Below are positions 22,387 to 32,796 of a DNA stretch of 64,000 bases, piece by piece. Every line of letters starts with the position of its first letter. The first letter of the stretch is position 1. This DNA comes from Naegleria gruberi (Eukaryota). The stretch lies in assembly GCA_000004985.1 (NCBI GenBank), contig GG738891.1; one strand, 5' to 3'. The position numbers were made by a program, and so were the translations under genes. The notes beneath the pieces are model-generated. The model saw only the letters and a program-made list of their open reading frames with translations, was not told the origin of the DNA and did not search any database.

Positions 22387-23871
22387 TTAATGGGAAATGT
22401 AAGCAGCAGCTTCAAGGAATTGATCAAAAGAGAAGGTTGCTTGTCCAGTACTTTGCTTATCAAATAATTGGAATGAGTTTCTACAAATTCCAATAAAGAT
22501 AGTGAAATCAATATATTCAGCAAAGGAGAATGTACCTTGTTTGTCCTTATCAAAATTCTTGAACAATCTGTCAAGAGCAGATGGAGAAACTTGAACTCCT
22601 GAATATTGAATTGCTGTCTTGACTTCGTTCAAATCCAAAGTTCCACTTCTATTAGTATCAGTCTTTTCAAAAGCATTCTTCATGTTCATTAAATAATAGT
22701 GCAATTGTTCAAATTCATGGAAACCAATTTGACCAGAATTATCACGATCGAACATTTTGATCATCTTTTGAGTAACACTCTTATCAAAGACCATACCACC
22801 CTTTGACAAAACAGTTGATAATTCTTCAGCTGAGACTTGTCCGGACTTGTCAAGATCAACAGCATCGAACCAAGCCTTGAGTTGAGGATTTGGTTGAGTT
22901 TGTTGAATTGGCATGAATTGATTTTGACCTGGTTGTGGTTGTTGTCCAGTTTGACCTGGTTGTCCATATTGTGGTGGAACTTGACCTGGTTGTCCCACTG
23001 GTTGTTGACCAAATTGTGGTGGTTGTTGGCCAAATTGTGGTGGAACTTGACCTGGTTGTCCGAGTTGTGGATTTTGAGGTGGAACAGATGGTTGGCCATA
23101 TTGTGGGTTTTGACCTGGTTGTGGTTGTTGACCATATTGTGGTGGAACTTGACCTGGTTGTCCGAGCTGTGGATTTTGTGGTGGAACAGATGGTTGTCCA
23201 AATTGAGGATTAGTTGATGGAGGAACTTGTCCCATTGGTGGTTGTTGACCTGTTGGTGGAACTTGACCTGGTTGACCATATTGTGGATTTTGTGAAGGAA
23301 CAGATGGTTGACCATATTGTGGTGGTTGTTGTCCAGTTTGACCAGGTTGAGGTGGTTGTTGACCAAATTGTGGGGAAACTTGACCAGTTTGACCATATTG
23401 AGGTGGAACTTGTCCTGGTTGTCCCATTGGTGGTTGTTGTCCGTATTGAGATTGATTCATTGGAGGAACAGATGGTTGACCATATTGTGGATTTTGAGAT
23501 GGTGGAATTGGTGAGCTACTAACTGGTGGAGTAGTTTGACGAGGAACTTGTCCCATAGGTGGTTGTTGACCATATTGTTGAGGAACAGATGGCTGACCAT
23601 ATTGTGATTGTCCCATTGGAGGTTGTTGGCCGTATGGTGATTGTCCCATCGGTGGTTGTTGTCCATATTGACCATATTGTGATTGTCCCATTGGTGGTTG
23701 TTGACCGTATGGATGTTGTGGTTGGCCGTATGGAAGTTGTTGACCATATTGACCTCCGTATGGCGGTTGTTGTTGTTGACCATATTGACCGTATGGTTGT
23801 TGTGAAGAAGGAGGTTGTTGACCGTAGCCTTGAACTTGTGGTGGATGTTGACCGTATGGAGGTTGACTCAT
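22387..23871 (-). CDS. Penta-EF-hand (PEF; ALG-2/peflin-like) calcium-binding protein with a ~320-aa N-terminal P/Q/G/Y-rich repeat domain.
   Basis: C-terminal EF-hand loops DLDKSGQVSAEEL, DRDNSGQIGFHEF, DTNRSGTLDLNEV, DKDKQGTFSFAEY, followed by the PEF dimerisation tail. The N-terminus is (Q)YGQQPPMGQ… / QYGQPSVPPQNPQ repeats. ATG in AAAAATG context. Confidence 0.8.
   Translation of the reverse strand: MSQPPYGQHPPQVQGYGQQPPSSQQPYGQYGQQQQPPYGGQYGQQLPYGQPQHPYGQQPPMGQSQYGQYGQQPPMGQSPYGQQPPMGQSQYGQPSVPQQYGQQPPMGQVPRQTTPPVSSSPIPPSQNPQYGQPSVPPMNQSQYGQQPPMGQPGQVPPQYGQTGQVSPQFGQQPPQPGQTGQQPPQYGQPSVPSQNPQYGQPGQVPPTGQQPPMGQVPPSTNPQFGQPSVPPQNPQLGQPGQVPPQYGQQPQPGQNPQYGQPSVPPQNPQLGQPGQVPPQFGQQPPQFGQQPVGQPGQVPPQYGQPGQTGQQPQPGQNQFMPIQQTQPNPQLKAWFDAVDLDKSGQVSAEELSTVLSKGGMVFDKSVTQKMIKMFDRDNSGQIGFHEFEQLHYYLMNMKNAFEKTDTNRSGTLDLNEVKTAIQYSGVQVSPSALDRLFKNFDKDKQGTFSFAEYIDFTIFIGICRNSFQLFDKQSTGQATFSFDQFLEAAAYISH
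22900..23870 (-). repeat. Imperfect in-frame tandem DNA repeat encoding the PQY-rich domain of the PEF protein. It creates spurious overlapping ORFs on both strands.
   Basis: Recurring units such as ggtggaacttgacctggttgtcc and ccatattgtgg at roughly 60-100 nt periodicity. The six-frame track shows ORFs 22761..23396(-), 22837..23217(+), 22935..23213(+), 23214..23522(+), 23308..23514(+), 23457..23783(-) and 23559..23906(+) all inside it. Confidence 0.7.
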
Positions 23872-24028
23872 TTTTTATTATTTTTATATTTGATGATCAA
23901 AAATGAACGCTCCCACACAACATTTTGTAAATGGGTTACACCACCAACTTGGTGACAAATCAAAATATTGACATCCAATAGAGAGATGAATACCTCACGT
24001 TGTCAACAATCGTGTGTTTAAATATTTA

Positions 24029-25199
24029 TTAGATTTCTTTTGAGGAGTAATAATTGTGGAGGAGAGGTTGTAACATTTTTCGAGAGGAGGCCATGTTGTG
24101 CTGTACAAAGTATTTGGTGTTTTCGGAATCTTGTTCTGCTTTCCAGTGGGTGAGGTTCAATTCTGATGAACATTGATGAACCAGATGATTCACAGAATTG
24201 CTCAATAACTTTTGATTAGGTGTGTATATTACAAGTTGTCTCTTGAATTGATTTTCCTCATCACTGTAGGCACACATCACATAGAGNNNNNNNNNNNNNN
24301 NNNNNNNNNNNNNNNNNNNNNNNNNNNNNNNNNNNNAGTCTTGTGATTCAACTTGGAAACTTAAATCTCTCAAAGAATAACTTTTCGAATAATTCCTCTC
24401 TTTGTTTCTGTTCAAAGCTGAGAAGGGCTAAGAGTCGGAGAGCTTGTTTCTCATCTCTTGGTGTTACTTTCTTGAATTTTGGCTCTAAATTCATAGTGTC
24501 GAGAAGGATGGTTCCAAGCAAGGCTTCACAACATTCTCTATCTTCTCTGAGCATGTCGTCACTCAACAATTCAGCTACCAAAGTACATGAAGATCCAATC
24601 AGATCGATAATTCTTCTCTCCGAAGGAATGTCATAACACTTCTCATCAACGTGATGATCAATAATTTGATAGACAAAGTTGCCCAATAGTGGTTCTTGTT
24701 CTGGAGTTAACTTGTTGTGATCTGTGAGAATGACTTGCAGATTATTCTCCTTTCCTAAGCTTTCTAAAACATCAATAAGAGTTGGATTTTGATGATAAAA
24801 GATTAAATCCTCTCCACTAATACCAAACTTTTCCAAGAACCAAGTAGCATCCGTTCTCAAATTGTATTCATCGGCTGGAATATTAATAATAGGAATGGAG
24901 GTAATCTTGTCTCTCTTATATTGAGCATAGGAAAAGACAATTGATGAAACTATAGAATCCAAATCACTAGCTAAGAAAGAATTCGATGATAATTTAATCC
25001 AATTTTTACACAATATTCACATTTGATGATTAATATTAAATTAACAATTAAAAATTATTAAAATTCTTCTCAACAACAACAAACCTTGATTTCCGAGACA
25101 GATTGCCAAGGTGCCACCATTAAAGGTCTTGTTTGTTACAAGATCTTTACAGGATCGCAAAAAAGACTTCATCAGTATTTTTTTAGTGAAGTTTTCCAT
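24029..25199 (-). CDS. DHH-family phosphoesterase (exopolyphosphatase PPX1 / prune-like), interrupted by assembly gap 24287..24336. Exon 1 is 25085..25199 (ATG 25199), intron 24971..25084 (114 nt, GTTTGT…TTCTTAG), exon 2 runs from 24970 downward.
   Basis: DHH motif ILTDHNK…IIDHHVDE. Reconstructed exon 1 (MENFTKKILMKSFLRSCKDLVTNKTFNGGTLAICLGNQ) plus the phase-1 splice gives …ICLGNQ-A-SDLDSIVSSIVFSYAQY…, matching the PPX1 N-terminal pattern (…[24 protein letters not shown]) as recalled from memory. ORF 24029..24415 downstream of the gap looks like the DHHA2 C-terminal region. Confidence 0.7.
24287..24336. other. Assembly gap (50 N) inside the PPX1/prune-like gene.
   Basis: Run of n characters. 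Confidence 1.
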
Positions 25200-25933
25200 T
25201 CTGTATTGTACAGTATTGGCGGTTGGTTATCAGTGAAGGACATTAGGAATTGTCTTTCTCTTAATAACGCGTATTGAGCGTATCAAGTCAACTTGACTCC
25301 CAACAGTTGGTAACGATATTACCAGTTGCTCTATTAAGGGAGAATCTTTTTGAAGGAATGAACGGTTAAATAAGTTTAACACAGCACTACAGATCCTGAT
25401 TAATGGATAATTCTTGAAATTGTAATGAAGTAAATATCTTTCATAATAAGTATGTTCAATTCGAAAAGTGCATTTAATTGTCATTCTTGAAACAAAATCA
25501 ATTCATCAGAAGACATTAAATATCTCTTAATAATTTATATTGATGTTGTTTTCAAGGCGCCAATATAACTGCTTCAAAACTGATGCTCATCATTGGTCAT
25601 CATTATTAATACTCTCATAACTATATCATTTATTGGTCCGATCAATCTTCAGTGTAGTTGCTGCTCCTTGCTTTTTTACATCAGCAATCATCTGGTGTTA
25701 TTCCTTAATGAATCGTGATGTGTTTTGTTGCGTTGTGTTTTCGTTGCAGCTGTTGAGGTTTATTGTTGTTGTGGTAGCTGTTGAGTGAAGCAAGTTTGGT
25801 GATGGGACAGGAAAAGCCTTGAGATGAAACAACTACAAAAAAAAATTCAAGTCTGAACAACCTTTGAAAATCATCTATTTTGAATTGCAATATACATCTT
25901 ACTTTGAAGGAAGAAAGAGTACCTATTAAGAGA

Positions 25934-26944
25934 ATGATGATGGACGAAAACAATTTTGAACAAGATGGACCTACAACAAAACCCTTATCTAATCAATTTT
26001 CCTCAGGACTAGATGAGCAGCATCATAATAATACAATGAATGGTAATCATGATGATATGAAGACCCATAATGATTCGAAAGCAAAACATGGAAAGATAAG
26101 CACACCAGGCACACCAGTGAGAAGTAAAAGTCCAACCCTTCCAAAGGAGAAGGGAACTAAGAGTTCGGAAAGAATGAGAGAATCATGGAAAACACCAGAG
26201 GAATATAAATCAAAAGCATGGACCAAGCCATCAGCTTGGGGTGCATCTAAAATGGATAGATTTAAGGATTCTAAACAAGAGGCTCCTCCAGCAACCAAGT
26301 ACAATCTCAACTTGTCATCACTTGAAATTAAGGAATTCAATTCCATGTTCAAGTCTCAAAGCCCAAGATTTAAAGATGCTCGAGTAGAAACACCTCCTGC
26401 CACAAAGTACTCTGTCTTTGATCCTAATCTTTCAAAGAAAGGAGATTTAACTTCAACTTGCTTTAAAACAACAACTAAAAGAGAATATGAAACAGAAATC
26501 AAACCTAAATCTCCAGGTCCTCTGGTATATGAGCCAGTCATTCAAGCAATAGATGCCAAGAAGGCTGTAGTTTCTTCTTTTAGATCCTCCTTTGATCGAT
26601 TCAGGGAGAAAACCCCATCATCCCCACCTTCAACAAAATACAATACAGCAACTTCATCTTTTAGCACTGTAAAAAAGGAAGCAACTTCATTCGGATCAAC
26701 TTCTCCAAGATTTGATAAGGTTAGAACACAAGCTCCACCAGCCACAAAGTATGATACAAGCAAGTATTCCGATTTCAACAAAACAAATTCTCCTAACAAT
26801 GCTGGATCTGCTCAATTCCGTTCGTCTACTGATAGATTCTTCAGAGCATCTGAGAAAGCAGCAAAATTAACACCACCAGCAACAAAATACACCATTCCAA
26901 GCAATTTAGATGAAATTATTTCGAGACCACCAACAAGGAAGTAA
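25934..26944 (+). CDS. SHIPPO/STPGR-repeat protein (ODF3-like, flagellum/cilium-associated family).
   Basis: Five PPATKY-type repeats (EAPPATKYNLNLSS, ETPPATKYSVFDPN, SSPPSTKYNTATSS, QAPPATKYDTSKYS, LTPPATKYTIPSNL) plus SPGPLVYEP. These resemble the P-x-P-x-x-Y SHIPPO/STPGR repeat. The first ATG is at 25934 (MMMDENNFEQ); the ORF-track start at 25880 is not ATG. Confidence 0.5.
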   Translation: MMMDENNFEQDGPTTKPLSNQFSSGLDEQHHNNTMNGNHDDMKTHNDSKAKHGKISTPGTPVRSKSPTLPKEKGTKSSERMRESWKTPEEYKSKAWTKPSAWGASKMDRFKDSKQEAPPATKYNLNLSSLEIKEFNSMFKSQSPRFKDARVETPPATKYSVFDPNLSKKGDLTSTCFKTTTKREYETEIKPKSPGPLVYEPVIQAIDAKKAVVSSFRSSFDRFREKTPSSPPSTKYNTATSSFSTVKKEATSFGSTSPRFDKVRTQAPPATKYDTSKYSDFNKTNSPNNAGSAQFRSSTDRFFRASEKAAKLTPPATKYTIPSNLDEIISRPPTRK

Positions 26945-27105
26945 ACTGTAAATCATAATAAATCAATATTTTGTACATTTTATCCAAATAAAACAACTTT
27001 AGTGAAAGCTATCATTTCCTCTTGAACTGGTCTAGTTTTTGGATGAAATATTTTTCAAATTAGAATAAAGCAATGCTAATATTATGTAAATATTTACAAA
27101 TCGAT

Positions 27106-30100
27106 TTATTGAATGTTACAAATTTGAGATTGGTTCTTTTCTCCCTTTGATTTCTTTCCACTCTTTGGAGGAGGAACACTATCGTCCAAAGCATTAGAAA
27201 CTTCCTTAACAGCAGTCTTTGTCAAAGATCTAGCCTTTCTCATCATGGCATCGAAATCATTGTCAGAATCAGAATCACTGCTGCTTCCTGAATCACTGTC
27301 TCCAACAAGATCATCAAATTCGGAGAGAATTTCCCTAGCTTTTTGCTTAGAACTGATAGCAGCAATATCTTGTTCAAGTTTCTTGATATTCTTCTTGAGT
27401 TTTCTGTAATACTTTGAACCGACATTGGCCTTACCAGTCTTCTTAACTCTTGAACGCAAAGATTCATTTTCAGCCAAAGCAATGTTAAGATCAACAATCA
27501 AGTTTGTCTTTTCGCTGGTTAATTGTTGATTAACTTGCTCCAAAGTTGTAATCTTTTCCTTCAAAACTGATGGATCAACTACAGCAGCTTCAACATTAGC
27601 TTCAACAGTCTTCAATGAAAGGAATGGATCAGCAGAGTTATCAACATAATTTCCATTCATTATAGCCAAGTGGAAGCTTCTCAATTGATTCAATCTGGTT
27701 TCAAACATATCACGAGTCCATGTTTCAGAGTGACCAGTTTCAAGATCAGTAACTTCAACTTCAATTTGAGAACCGACAAGTTTAAGATCAATAGCAATAC
27801 TTCTCTTAAGTTCAGCTACCATGATAGAAGCTTCTTGAATCCAAGGAACTAATTGAGAAACTGAATCGGTACTAGCAGAGGAGGCAATAACAGTTGTCTT
27901 TACAGCTTTTTCTATGATTATTTGGGACTTTTCAGCCATTTCTTGTTGAAGTCTATTTTCCATATCGAACAACTTCATAGACATTTCCAATTCCTTTCTT
28001 TGGAAGTCTCTTTCCTTTTCTTCCTTTTCTAATTCAATCAATCTCATTTGTTCTAACATTGCCTTAGTGTCCTTTTCGGCATTAAGAAGAAGTTCACTTT
28101 GCTTAAGAGCTAAGGATCTTGCCATTTCTTGTTGTTGTCTTTCCATTTCAACCTTTTGTCTTTCGATTTCTTCTTGTTGTGCCATCTTTTCTTCCAAATA
28201 TTGTTGCTGGAGGAGAGTAAACTTTTCTTCTGCCTTTGTGGATGCTGAAGCAGCAACTGTATTTGATTTTTGGATTTGAGTCTTGAAAATAGCTCTTACA
28301 GCTGTCATCTTGAGTCTGTTGTCACTTAACTTTCTTTCATAATCTTCTCTTTCCTTTTCCAATTGCTTTTGATTTTCTTGCTTGGCAGAAACGAGTTGAT
28401 TTCTGAGTTGATTGACTTCTTCTTCACTAGCTCCAGATTCAATCTTAGCAAGGAGCTCTCTTTCCTTAGCTTGGAAAGAACCAACCAATTCCTTTTCTCT
28501 CAACATGAACTTTTCCTTTTCTCTTTGCATGATGTCTTCATGTTCCTTATTCTTTTTTGTCATTTCTTCTTCAACCTTTGAGAGTTGTTCTTTATACTTT
28601 CTAGCTTCTTCTTCAGCTTGTTTTGATTTTTCTAACTTTTCCTTGAGAACAGAAACTTCAGAGTTGATTTGGACTCTGATTCTTTCTTCAGATTGAGCAA
28701 ACATTTCATTTTGAGCCTTGATAACACCGTCAATTCTTTCCTTTTCCTTCTTCAATTCTTCTTCATATTTGGAAACGAGAGCACCATTGTGTTGGTTCTC
28801 AGAAATCAACTTTTGAATTTCAAGTTCTCTTTGTAATTTTTCATCAACTAAAAGTTGCTCCTTCTTTTGCAAAAAGTCCTTTTCTTCGTTGATCTTTTTT
28901 TGATATTCAGCTTCCTTTTCCAAGATCTTTTGTTGCAAAGCTTGATTTTCCTTTTCTAAATCTTCCTTATGCTTCTTTCCAATGTTAATTTCAGCCATAA
29001 GCTTGGATTCAAGTTCCATGATTTGCTTTTGGTATGATGAAGAAATATTCATCTTGGAAGCTTCCAACTCTCTTTGGTACTGCAAAACTTGTTCTTCATT
29101 CTTTTTCTTTTCAGATTCCAACATTTGTTCAATTTGCTTTCTTCTTTGTTCGTCATTCTTGTTTTGCAACAATTCAGCTTGCAACAATTTTTCCTTAGTA
29201 GCATATTCAGCTCTGAGTAAATCTTCTCTCTTCTTGGCATTTTCCATTTCTTGTTGAATGAGATCCTTTTGGGCTTGTCTTTGCTTTTCAATTTCAGACT
29301 TGACACTGTTGATGGTTTCTTGCATTTCTGTTTCTCTCTTCTTATGTTCTTGAACAAGTTGGTTAGTCTTTTCATCAATCAAATTCTTACTGAATTCATC
29401 CCATGCAAGTTTCCAATCAGAGTTGTTAACAGCGCCTTCACTAGGGTTATTGTATTGATAGATCAATCTGGAACCGATAACAAGTCTGTCTCCATTCTTG
29501 ATCTTTGTCTTTTCCTTAATTTCTACACCGTTAACATAAACTTTGGCATTTTCAGATGGAGTGATAAAACCGGCAGAAATTGTGGCATGTGAGTCTAAAA
29601 TACCAGCACCTTGAATTCTGACAGTGTTTCCTTCAGCAGCACCAATATTTGTTGGTTCTTGAACATAATAGTTAAGTTTTCCACTCAACAATGGATCTTC
29701 ATTAAGGTTACTAATATGCAACTTGTTCTTATCGAAATCAAGTTCAACATTCATTTCCTTGAAAAATTCTTCTCTCTCCTTTGCCATTTCTTCAGTTCTT
29801 TTAATCTTTTCTTCGGTGGTCATTTGCATTTCAGTGATAAGCTTTTGGGAGGCATCTAATTGCTCCTTCAACTTGTCATACTCTGCTTGGGCAATTCCTC
29901 CAGGAACTCCAGTAGAACCCTCAGTATTTTCTCCAGCAGGAACAATACCCTTACCAGCAAGTTGATTCTTCAATCTTTCAACTTCAGCTCTCAATTGACT
30001 GATAATCTTGGCAGAAGGATCTTCGTTAACAATAGCCTTGTTGACAATTTGTTTAGCTCTGTCAGCATATCTGAGGGTTGAGAGAGATTCATCATAGTTG

Positions 30101-31246
30101 ACATCAGCAGGAGAAATAGCAGCAATCATAATAGTTCTAGAGTTACCACCCAAAGATTCCTTAAGAAGGTGAGTTAACTTGGAATCTCTGTATGGAATGA
30201 AGGCAGTAGAGTTTTTTCCTGTGCACTTATCAGCAAGAGCCTTAATAACATTACCCAAAGAGGTCAATGAAAGGTTAATGTTAATACCTTCTTGAGCTCT
30301 AGCACCAGTAGCACCAGTTCTGGCCATTCTTTCGGAACCTGCCAAGTCGACAAGATTGATGGAGGAAACCTTTTGAACTTTTTGCTTTGTTTCAGGATGT
30401 TGAACGGTTTGCTTTACATATAAAATAAAAACGGTGTGAGCTCTAGATGATGTCTTATTCATGGCAGTAGCACCAGTAGTTCTAGCATCTTCACCTTGCT
30501 TCAACAACTTTAAAATTTGATCCTCTCCTTGAGCAACGTGCTTTGACAAACCCTCTATGATTTTTTAAATATTCCTCAATAAGATCCAACAATAAATTCT
30601 TCACTTACCAATATAGACACCTGTTTGTGGATTTTCTCTGATTTTTAGACCACCTGTTGGATTGTTCTTTGGATTGAAAAGATCCTTAATTTCTTCGTTA
30701 TAAATTTCCAACATGGAGGCTTCAACACCATATTCAATAGGAACTGTGTTTTGAGACTTTGATTCTTCAATCTTTTGGAAAATACGCTTAGAAGCCATAG
30801 TGACTAAACCTTCATCCTTTCCTGGATAACCAATCATACTGTATGATTTACCAGAACCAGTTTGACCACTATTATTATTGTTGTTTAAATACAAATTATT
30901 CTCAACAATTTAACACTTACTAGGCAAACATGGAGGTGTTGTATCCTTGCCAACAGTTAGCAAGCATAGATTCTCCCATATCATTCCACAGAACTTTGTT
31001 ATCAGCAAAGTTGGCATCAGCGCTATTAAAGCTCCAATAAGAATAGTCAAAAGTAAATTTGTTTTCCTTTCCTGAGGCAGGATCGCTTTTCCCAAGTCAA
31101 TACAACCACAATTTCCTAAAAATTACTTACACCAAGATGGTCTGTGGACCATTCATTTGTACAATACATTTTGATTTACCTTCAATTTCGTAATCCTTGA
31201 ATGGTCTTACTCTCACAGCAACCTTAACTGAATCAGCTGATGACAT
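27106..31246 (-). CDS. Kinesin-3 family motor (Unc104/KIF1-like) with FHA domain and long coiled-coil tail. Four exons: 31131..31246, 30921..31085, 30609..30868, 27106..30554. Introns 31086..31130 (45 nt), 30869..30920 (52 nt), 30555..30608 (54 nt).
   Basis: Exon 1 [39 protein letters not shown] followed by GTAAGT. Exon 2 [54 protein letters not shown](Y). Exon 3 [11 protein letters not shown]…[34 protein letters not shown](E). Exon 4 [11 protein letters not shown]…SSRAHTVF…[10 protein letters not shown]…[23 protein letters not shown]…[10 protein letters not shown], then FHA (…[33 protein letters not shown]), then coiled coil. Junction phases are all consistent (2, 2, 1). No PH domain at the C-terminus. 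Confidence 0.9.
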
Positions 31247-31590
31247 TTTTTAATGAGGGTGTGTAGAAAAGGGAGAGAAGTTGTTGAATTTTTTTTGGTT
31301 GAACTTGCCCTGATGTTGTATAATTAAAAGAGCCAGCCGAATAATTCTTTCAGTTATTTTACCTTGATGTTCGTGAATGAGTTGTAGTTGATGGTTGGCG
31401 GGAATATTTGTTCATCATAAAAAGTTCATTGTAGGGGATCGATTGAGAACATGTTCCCATTGTGTATCTCTTTTGATATTGTGTGATGGAATCAATCGAT
31501 AGGCTGATCCTAATCATCTACCTCCGAATTGGATTTTCCTTCTTAAATTAATAAACATTAATTTATAGTGAATTTCCTTTTCAAAAAGAA

Positions 31591-32079
31591 ATGAATAGAA
31601 AACTCGTTAAGCAATTTGCAAAATTAAATGGAAATTATCATCATCAACATTCATTGATGATGAAGAATTCGAGACAGTCCTTCTGTTTGTGTGTTCTTTG
31701 CATGAAAGAAAACCCGAAACTCTCCTCAAAAGATCAACCTATTAAGCAAACTCTCAAAGATCCTCTCCAAATGGCCATGCAACAACAAAGGGAAGTATTA
31801 GAAGAGAAATCGGACGAAATTGCTCAATCAGTCATGAAAAACTTTCAACCCATAACTACCAATGAAAGCGAGAATCAAAGAGGACCATCCAACAATGAAT
31901 ACAGTCCTGAGAGTAAATATAAATTGGATGATGATGGAATTGATAGAAATTTGGATGGAATGGGAAGAATTCTCAATTCTCAACAAGGAAAAGTTGCAGA
32001 AAAGACAATACCACTCAAAGTTGACAAAAGCCGTGAAGATTTTCCTCCAACTCAAAATCCTCCAACTCCAGAACCTTAG
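31591..32079 (+). CDS. Hypothetical protein.
   Basis: ATG, 162 aa, no domain recognised. Confidence 0.35.
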   Translation: MNRKLVKQFAKLNGNYHHQHSLMMKNSRQSFCLCVLCMKENPKLSSKDQPIKQTLKDPLQMAMQQQREVLEEKSDEIAQSVMKNFQPITTNESENQRGPSNNEYSPESKYKLDDDGIDRNLDGMGRILNSQQGKVAEKTIPLKVDKSREDFPPTQNPPTPEP

Positions 32080-32088
32080 ACATTTGGG

Positions 32089-32796
32089 TTAAAAGTGTTT
32101 TTTTGATGTTTTATTGGAAACTTGATGAAATACCCAAAGTGGAAAGTAAAATTGCATTGTTGATTGTTCATCGTAGGCAAATGAAGCTCTCCTTCTGAGA
32201 ACACTTCTTCTCTTTACTGTTTTCTTAGTTTTGTGAATAGCAGTTGGTTGGTTAGGTGTCGAATTGTCATTCAGTGAGGTGGTTCTAGTTTCAGATATCG
32301 AATTGGAATCAACCACCTTACTTATTGAAAAAGAGGTCTGTACATTCTCTTCAATGATCTGTTGGTGCTTTCTTTCATCAAGGTGATGATTTGAATTTTC
32401 TTCTGGCATTTCTCTCTCATTTGTCATGATTATTGAAATATCTTGATAATAACTTCTTATCAAATCTTCGTAATCTAAAGATAACATAAGCTGTGTATCT
32501 TCATACTTGTCAATGATTGGTTCCCTGCTCACTGGATCCAACAGTGAAGATCTTGTGGTATTGGTGGACAATGGTGGAGAAAAGGAAGGAGATGGAAGGG
32601 AAGAGCTAGCTGATGAAGTTCTTGTTGGGGCCAATTCATCACGAGAATAGTATTGACTGTTAAAAGAACAAGATAACATTTGGTCGCTATTGACATTTCT
32701 TGGCAAATTTCTCTTATTAGTTTCCTCTCGAGACGAATCAATGACGGAAACAAGAAATTTCAGCATCAGGTCTTCAACAGAAGTAATTTTCGACAT
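32089..32796 (-). CDS. Hypothetical S/T-rich protein.
   Basis: ATG at 32796, 235 aa, low complexity. Convergent with the 31591 gene; stops are 10 nt apart. Confidence 0.35.
   Translation of the reverse strand: MSKITSVEDLMLKFLVSVIDSSREETNKRNLPRNVNSDQMLSCSFNSQYYSRDELAPTRTSSASSSLPSPSFSPPLSTNTTRSSLLDPVSREPIIDKYEDTQLMLSLDYEDLIRSYYQDISIIMTNEREMPEENSNHHLDERKHQQIIEENVQTSFSISKVVDSNSISETRTTSLNDNSTPNQPTAIHKTKKTVKRRSVLRRRASFAYDEQSTMQFYFPLWVFHQVSNKTSKKHF

Noticed and set aside
22761-23906. Seven overlapping ORFs on both strands (22761..23396-, 22837..23217+, 22935..23213+, 23214..23522+, 23308..23514+, 23457..23783-, 23559..23906+) with odd W/L- or V/D/H-rich translations.
   Set aside because: All lie inside the tandem repeat that encodes the PQY-rich domain of the PEF protein. 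Repeat periodicity keeps alternative frames open. Only the minus-strand frame that connects to the EF-hand domain and an ATG is coherent.
27243-30081. About ten 60-110-aa ORFs on the plus strand and minus strand inside 27106..30549.
   Set aside because: They are antisense or off-frame artefacts within the long kinesin coiled-coil exon (A/G-rich codon repetition). No start context and no domain.
31086-31100. Apparent 15-nt intron GTAAGTAATTTTTAG in kinesin exon 1/2 region.
   Set aside because: Too short for a spliceosomal intron and gives a stop in the next exon. The 45-nt version ending at GGAAAAG|C restores …[22 protein letters not shown] matching the kinesin-3 motor.
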